Assembly (NCBI GenBank): GCA_018260615.1
Contig: JAGWDQ010000100.1
Location: 1 to 33,919 of the forward strand
DNA from: Candidatus Altarchaeum sp.
GTDB taxonomy: Archaea; Altiarchaeota; Altiarchaeia; Altiarchaeales; Altiarchaeaceae
Direction of reading: 5' to 3'
Length of the DNA stretch: 33,919 nt
The notes beneath the pieces are model-generated. The model saw only the letters and a list, made by a program, of their open reading frames with translations, was not told where the DNA came from and searched no databases. How positions within the stretch are numbered: the stretch's first letter is position 1; every line of letters starts with the position of its first letter. Below are positions 28,855 to 33,919 of the stretch, piece by piece. The translations under genes and the position numbers were made by a program.

Positions 28855-29883
28855 GTAAAGCCCCTGAATATAAATAAACAAACAATCGCACTCTTCGTAA
28901 TGGGCATTATCATCTTAATCATCTTACTTTCCCTGATTGGAATTGACAAGATCTGGAATGCGATGTCAAAATTAGATGTCCGAATTTTGCTCTTTCTGAT
29001 TGGCCTGCAGGTCTTTATAATATTTCTCCATACATTAAGGTGGGCAGTTGTGCTTTACGATAAGATGAAGAATAAGGAAATTTCCTTCACGAGTTTGTTT
29101 CTGGCAACATCTGTCGGACTGTTTTCCGGAAATATTGTTCCGGCAGGGAGTGTAGTCAGCGAGCCGATAAGGGCGTATATTCTTTCAAAACTTGATAACT
29201 TTCCGATGGCAAAGTCGTTTGGAAGTGCAATCATAAATTTAAACCTTGAAATTTTGCCCGTGCTGCTGTTCATTTCAATTGCCTTATATTTTGTTCTTGC
29301 GGATGAAATTTCCCCATATATTGCCTTGCTTCTTATAATTGCGGCAATAGTTGTTGGAATATTATCATTGGTCTCTTTTTTGTCTATTGTTGATACAAAG
29401 CGTGCTTTAAAAATCGCGAACTTTTTGCTCAATTTATTTTCAAAATTTTCGTTTCTGAAAGAAAGAATGTCCGGGATAAAAAACAAAATTAACAGTATTG
29501 TTTCAGAGTTTCATGACGGGGCAAAATACGGATTAAATTTAAAAATTTTTGGTCTTGGAACTATAATTTCTTTTATCATCTGGTTTTTTTCATTTTTGCG
29601 TTTATATATCGTATTTATTGCAATTGGTTATAATATTGATATTGCTGTCTTTGTTGCCGTGCTTGTTGTTGTACTTATAATTTCGTATATTCCGACATTG
29701 CCGGGAGGAATAGGAATATGGGAAGTCAGCAGTATCGGACTTTACACGCTTTTGGGCGTTCCTTCCGAATATGCGGCTGCTGCGGTTATAGTTGACCGTT
29801 TAATTAGTTACTGGTTTGTCTGTTTGTTCGGATACTTTGCATTAATTATTGCATATAAGAGAATAAATTTAACAGGAAGATAA
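28810..29883 (+). CDS. UPF0104/AglD2-like (lysylphosphatidylglycerol synthase TM) flippase-like membrane protein
   Basis: LRW..VL, SEPIRAYIL, PTLPGGIGIWE, VDRLISYW. Confidence 0.88.
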   Translation: MDNIKNQKPPDNKTPVKPLNINKQTIALFVMGIIILIILLSLIGIDKIWNAMSKLDVRILLFLIGLQVFIIFLHTLRWAVVLYDKMKNKEISFTSLFLATSVGLFSGNIVPAGSVVSEPIRAYILSKLDNFPMAKSFGSAIINLNLEILPVLLFISIALYFVLADEISPYIALLLIIAAIVVGILSLVSFLSIVDTKRALKIANFLLNLFSKFSFLKERMSGIKNKINSIVSEFHDGAKYGLNLKIFGLGTIISFIIWFFSFLRLYIVFIAIGYNIDIAVFVAVLVVVLIISYIPTLPGGIGIWEVSSIGLYTLLGVPSEYAAAAVIVDRLISYWFVCLFGYFALIIAYKRINLTGR

Positions 29884-30560
29884 TGCTCAACATAGAGAAA
29901 AATTTTGATGAAATTTTAGGCGGCGGAATTTTGGAAAAATGTCTTACACAAATTTATGGACCACCCGCATCGGGAAAGACAAATTTATGTATAATTGCAG
30001 CAGTGTATGTTGCTTTAAAAGAAAAGAAGGTAATATTTATTGATACGGAAGGCGGTTTTTCGGTTGAAAGAGTGAAGCAGCTCGCAAAGGAAAAAACAAC
30101 TCTCGCCTTAAAGAATCTGATTTTAATTGAACCGACAACATACCAGGAGCAGAAAACAGCAATTGAAGGTATTGAAAAGATGGTGAATGAAAAGATCGGA
30201 TTAGTTATTGTTGATTCAATCACGATGCTTTACCGTCTGGAAGAGGCCGACAGCATAGATAAAAGACAGGAAAGACAGATTTTACTCGGAAAACAGCTTG
30301 AAATTTTGTTAAGAATAAGCAGAAAATTTAATATTCCTGTTATTATTACAAATCAGGTCTATACTGACATTGAAGCGAATGAAATTTCGCCTGTCGGAGG
30401 GGAAATTTTAAAGTACTGGAGCAAAGTGATTGTTGAACTTGGAAGGGAAAATTTAAACGGCACGAACAGGTTTGCCATAATGAAAAAGCACAAATTTATT
30501 AAAGAAGGAGAGAAAATTTTGTTTAAAATCGTTGAGGAAGGAATTGTTATAAGTAAATAA
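29883..30560 (+). CDS. radB: DNA repair and recombination protein RadB
   Basis: GPPASGKTN Walker A, IDTEGGFS, IVDS, TNQVY, C-terminal KHK; 225 aa with no N-terminal RadA domain. Confidence 0.92.
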   Translation: MLNIEKNFDEILGGGILEKCLTQIYGPPASGKTNLCIIAAVYVALKEKKVIFIDTEGGFSVERVKQLAKEKTTLALKNLILIEPTTYQEQKTAIEGIEKMVNEKIGLVIVDSITMLYRLEEADSIDKRQERQILLGKQLEILLRISRKFNIPVIITNQVYTDIEANEISPVGGEILKYWSKVIVELGRENLNGTNRFAIMKKHKFIKEGEKILFKIVEEGIVISK

Positions 30561-30562
30561 AA

Positions 30563-31405
30563 ATGCGCATCATCGTTAAAATACTGCCGAAGGAAATTTT
30601 TGTATACGAAGAGATAAGCAAATACTTTATTCACTCGTTTATATGGAATTTACTTAAAGGTACGGAATTTTCAAAATTTCACGATACAAAGAAATTTAAA
30701 TTTTTCACATTTTCAAACATATTTCCCGTAAGCGAGTTTAAATTTAACGAAGAAAAGCAGTTCATTATTTCTTCTCCTAACGAGTATTTCATTGACACAA
30801 TTGCGGAGAAATTACAAAACACCAGATATTTTAAATTTGGAATCCATGAATTTGAACTGAAGGAATTTAAGAAATTTCCAATGGAATTAAAACAACGGTG
30901 GGAAACATCTACGCCGATTGTTTTGTATGAGAATAATAATACGCATACCTATTATTCAACAAACAGGAATCCCGACTTAAATTTCTTCCTTGAACGGCTA
31001 AAAGACAACGCTTTAAAAAAATTTAATGTATTCTATATCAAAAATGCTTCAAGCATTTTTGACTATCCCAAAAATCTTACAGATTTTTGCGATAATAAAA
31101 ATTTCGGTTTTGAGGAACCATTATTTGACAGGTTATTTTTTAAAAAACAGGTTGCTGTGCATATGAGAAAAGATATGGAAGAATTTTTGTTTTTGGGGAC
31201 TTTGTGGGAGTTTGAAATAAATTTATTACGGATGAACGAAGGGAAGAGAAAATTTTATGAATTTGTGATGGAGTGTGGGTTGGGAGAAAAGAATAGTTTG
31301 GGGTTTGGGTTTGTGAATATGAAAAGAGAGAAAAGAAAAGATAGTGGAAAGGATAACGGAAAAGATAATGATAAAGCGTTGATGAGTTACGAGCGGGACA
31401 GATAA
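30563..31405 (+). CDS. cas6: CRISPR-associated endoribonuclease Cas6
   Basis: FKFFTFS, TSTPIV, and the C-terminal glycine loop CGLGEKNSLGFG. Confidence 0.93.
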   Translation: MRIIVKILPKEIFVYEEISKYFIHSFIWNLLKGTEFSKFHDTKKFKFFTFSNIFPVSEFKFNEEKQFIISSPNEYFIDTIAEKLQNTRYFKFGIHEFELKEFKKFPMELKQRWETSTPIVLYENNNTHTYYSTNRNPDLNFFLERLKDNALKKFNVFYIKNASSIFDYPKNLTDFCDNKNFGFEEPLFDRLFFKKQVAVHMRKDMEEFLFLGTLWEFEINLLRMNEGKRKFYEFVMECGLGEKNSLGFGFVNMKREKRKDSGKDNGKDNDKALMSYERDR

Positions 31406-31456
31406 AAATTAATTTTATCCCCACATTTTGGTTAAAAAATATAAATTTATTGTAAT

Positions 31457-32371
31457 GTGGTGGTAATTTGTATGCAAATTATTAATATGAAAATAAGAAA
31501 AAGATGTGTGAGTGGAAAAGAGTATTATTATCTGGAACACAGTATAAGAAACGGAGACACATCAGAAAAAAAGGAAAAATATCTTGGCAGAGAAATACCT
31601 GATAATATTGACGAAATAAAGAGAGAAATGCTGGATGAAATTTATGCTGAAAAATGGTATCCATTATTTGAGAAAATACAAAAAAAATTTTCCGAAGAAG
31701 TGAAGGGGATGCCAGCATCAGCAAAAGAAAAAGAAACACAGACATTCGCAATTAAATTTACATACAACACCCAGAAAACAGAGGGGTCAAAATTAACACT
31801 AAGAGAGACAGCCGATTTACTTGAAAAAAATATTGCCCCGAAAGAAAAACCAATGAATGATGTAAAAGAAGCAGAAGGCCATAAAAATGTTTTTTATGAA
31901 ATGCTGAACTATAAAAAGGACTTATCATTAGAAATTGTTCTGTACTGGCACGGGAAATTGTTTGAATCAACAAAAAAAGATGTCGCAGGAAAAATAAGAA
32001 ATTACGGTGTTGCAATTTCCGGAAGTAAATTTATTCCTCCTTCTCCGGCAGAAATTTACCCTTTACTTGATGACTTTTTTAAATGGTACAATAAAAACAA
32101 ATCAAAATTACATCCGGTCGAATTAGCATCGCTGGTTCATTTAAAATTTGTAAGCATACATCCGTTTGCAGACGGAAATGGAAGAATAAGCCGTCTGATG
32201 ATGAATTTTGTTCTTAAAAAGTTCAATTATCCGATGCTTGACATACCTTATGAAAAAAGAGCAGGGTATTATAACGCATTAGAAAGAGCGCAGATAAAAA
32301 ACGAGGAAAGAATATTTGTACAGTGGTTTTTCAGGAGATATGTTAAAGAGTATGAAAGATATTTGGGGTAA
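31457..32371 (+). CDS. Fic-family protein (class II, N-terminal autoinhibitory helix)
   Basis: HPFADGNGRISR matches HxFxDGNGRxxR; TQKTEG matches (S/T)xxxE(G/N). Confidence 0.92.
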   Translation: MVVICMQIINMKIRKRCVSGKEYYYLEHSIRNGDTSEKKEKYLGREIPDNIDEIKREMLDEIYAEKWYPLFEKIQKKFSEEVKGMPASAKEKETQTFAIKFTYNTQKTEGSKLTLRETADLLEKNIAPKEKPMNDVKEAEGHKNVFYEMLNYKKDLSLEIVLYWHGKLFESTKKDVAGKIRNYGVAISGSKFIPPSPAEIYPLLDDFFKWYNKNKSKLHPVELASLVHLKFVSIHPFADGNGRISRLMMNFVLKKFNYPMLDIPYEKRAGYYNALERAQIKNEERIFVQWFFRRYVKEYERYLG

Positions 32372-32465
32372 ATTTATTTATATTTAAATTATTTAAATTA
32401 TTTAAATTTATATGCTATTATAATTTATAATCAGAAAAAACTAATATGATTGAAGCGGTAAAGAA

Positions 32466-33919
32466 ATGGAAAATAACAAAGAAGAATTGAATTTATCCTT
32501 ACAAGATTTTTTATACAACAACGGTTTGGTAAATATATTTGTTGCACTAAATAATGAGTATTTTAAAGAATATGTAAAGAAAATCAATGATAGTGAAATA
32601 AATTTTAAGAATGTCAAAATAAATTTTTCAGATGACGGCTTAAAAATTGCGGGGGATTTTCAAGAAATTTCTGAACTATATTCTTTACTTAGAAAATTCT
32701 TTTATTCTTTTCTTTTTGAGAAGAGTAAAAATAAGAAAGGATATTACAATGAAAAAAGTGGCGATTTTATAGTAGAATCAAAATTAGCGATTCCTCAACG
32801 ATTTGGAAGGCTTGGAAGGATTGATCACTTGTTGCCATATTTCCCTGCAAGTAAGGATATGTTAAAAGAAATACTACAAAAATTTGAAGAATTTAAAAAA
32901 TCCAACCCGGAAATTGAAAACGAAAGTATACAACACGGTAAAAAAGAGGAAGTATTTATATGGAAAAGCCCTGAAGAATTGGGAGAATATCATGCAAAAA
33001 AGATAAAAGAAATAAAAAAAGGAAAAGAGCGGTGTGTTATATGTGGTTCTGAATATATAAATTATATTCAAGAAAACAAAACAAAGGAAAATAAATTTAT
33101 AATAGAATCAACAAATCTTATATTTGATTTTGGAAGTAACAATTCTTTTAAAGATATGCGAACTCAAACACAAATGCCTCTGTGTTTTATGTGTGACCTC
33201 GTATATAAGTACGGTTTATTTTATAATTATTTTAATGGTGCTACTCATTTTATTATATCTACACCTTTAATTTTGTGGAATAAAAGAATTAAAAACTATC
33301 TTCCAAATCTTCTTTCTAATGAACATATTCCTGAAAACGAAAATGGAACGAGCAATTTCGTAAAAACAAAAGGAGAGATGTTTTTTGTTTCTGGAATATA
33401 TTCTCAAGTTTTACTATTAATGCACAAAATTTATGAAGAAGTAATTAAAAAAGATCGTGACGATATTGGAAAAATCATAATATATTATTTTACTGCTGCC
33501 TCTGACGAAATTAGTGACTGTGGTATTTATAATAAAACAACATATGTTGCTGAATTTTTTAGCATTATTGCCGATAGAATAGTGAGTTATACTCACGATA
33601 AAGAAGGAAGAGAAACACAATTTAATTTTTTTGGAAAACTCGTTGATTATATGTATCAAGAAGATTTGAAAAAGGCAAAAAATGTATTAAAAGAAGAATT
33701 TTGTAATAGAATTTTGAATTGTCTATATATAGATGATTTACTTACCGAAATTTGTTATTACAAATTACAAAAAGAAGAGAGAAGTTTGCCCTCACAAGGC
33801 TATTTAAAAGACGATGAAACAAAGGAAAATGAAAAAAATAAAATTAATCCTTTATATACATTTAACACCGATTTTCGCAGGGTTTTTAAGTCCAATAATT
33901 TCACCCTAATTAAGATATC
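32466..33919 (+). CDS. Cas8-like (type I-B, CXXC-CXXC) large subunit, 3'-partial; absent from the ORF track
   Basis: Manual translation is open from ATG 32466 to the window end (MENNKEELNLSLQDFLYNNGLV...CVICG...CFMCD...); it lies downstream of cas6. Confidence 0.7.
   Translation, partial: MENNKEELNLSLQDFLYNNGLVNIFVALNNEYFKEYVKKINDSEINFKNVKINFSDDGLKIAGDFQEISELYSLLRKFFYSFLFEKSKNKKGYYNEKSGDFIVESKLAIPQRFGRLGRIDHLLPYFPASKDMLKEILQKFEEFKKSNPEIENESIQHGKKEEVFIWKSPEELGEYHAKKIKEIKKGKERCVICGSEYINYIQENKTKENKFIIESTNLIFDFGSNNSFKDMRTQTQMPLCFMCDLVYKYGLFYNYFNGATHFIISTPLILWNKRIKNYLPNLLSNEHIPENENGTSNFVKTKGEMFFVSGIYSQVLLLMHKIYEEVIKKDRDDIGKIIIYYFTAASDEISDCGIYNKTTYVAEFFSIIADRIVSYTHDKEGRETQFNFFGKLVDYMYQEDLKKAKNVLKEEFCNRILNCLYIDDLLTEICYYKLQKEERSLPSQGYLKDDETKENEKNKINPLYTFNTDFRRVFKSNNFTLIKI

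Noticed and set aside
33850-33919. Possible IS end interrupting cas8 (AGGGT...ACCCT)
   Set aside because: The frame remains open and the window ends, so it cannot be evaluated.

Overview
AT-rich archaeal chromosomal segment. RadB, the class V FBP aldolase/phosphatase, SGC lipoboxes and a TIGR00295-type HD protein show it is archaeal; the low GC and gene style suggest Altiarchaeota, which is inference only. Layout: (i) 1-12 kb, a minus-strand cell-envelope cluster: two Asp-box lipoproteins, an ABC-2 ATPase and permease, a NEW3/Ig-like surface protein, paralogous beta-rich membrane-anchored proteins, a 26-aa Cys-repeat lipoprotein and a membrane-anchored wHTH regulator with a candidate operator, interspersed with gene relics. 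(ii) A HinfI/HpyAIV-like (probably GANTC) R-M locus with two related MTases and an XRE protein. (iii) fbp, a GYD protein and an ArgB homolog that lacks the catalytic motifs but keeps the arginine-site motifs. (iv) An accessory patch with a papain-like protein, an MBL hydrolase and a VapBC-like TA pair flanked by a duplicated MBL 5' end. (v) A glycosylation cluster with several tandem expansions. (vi) flippase-like gene-radB-cas6, a Fic gene, and a Cas8-like ORF running off the window end that the ORF track misses. No tRNA, rRNA or CRISPR array was seen.
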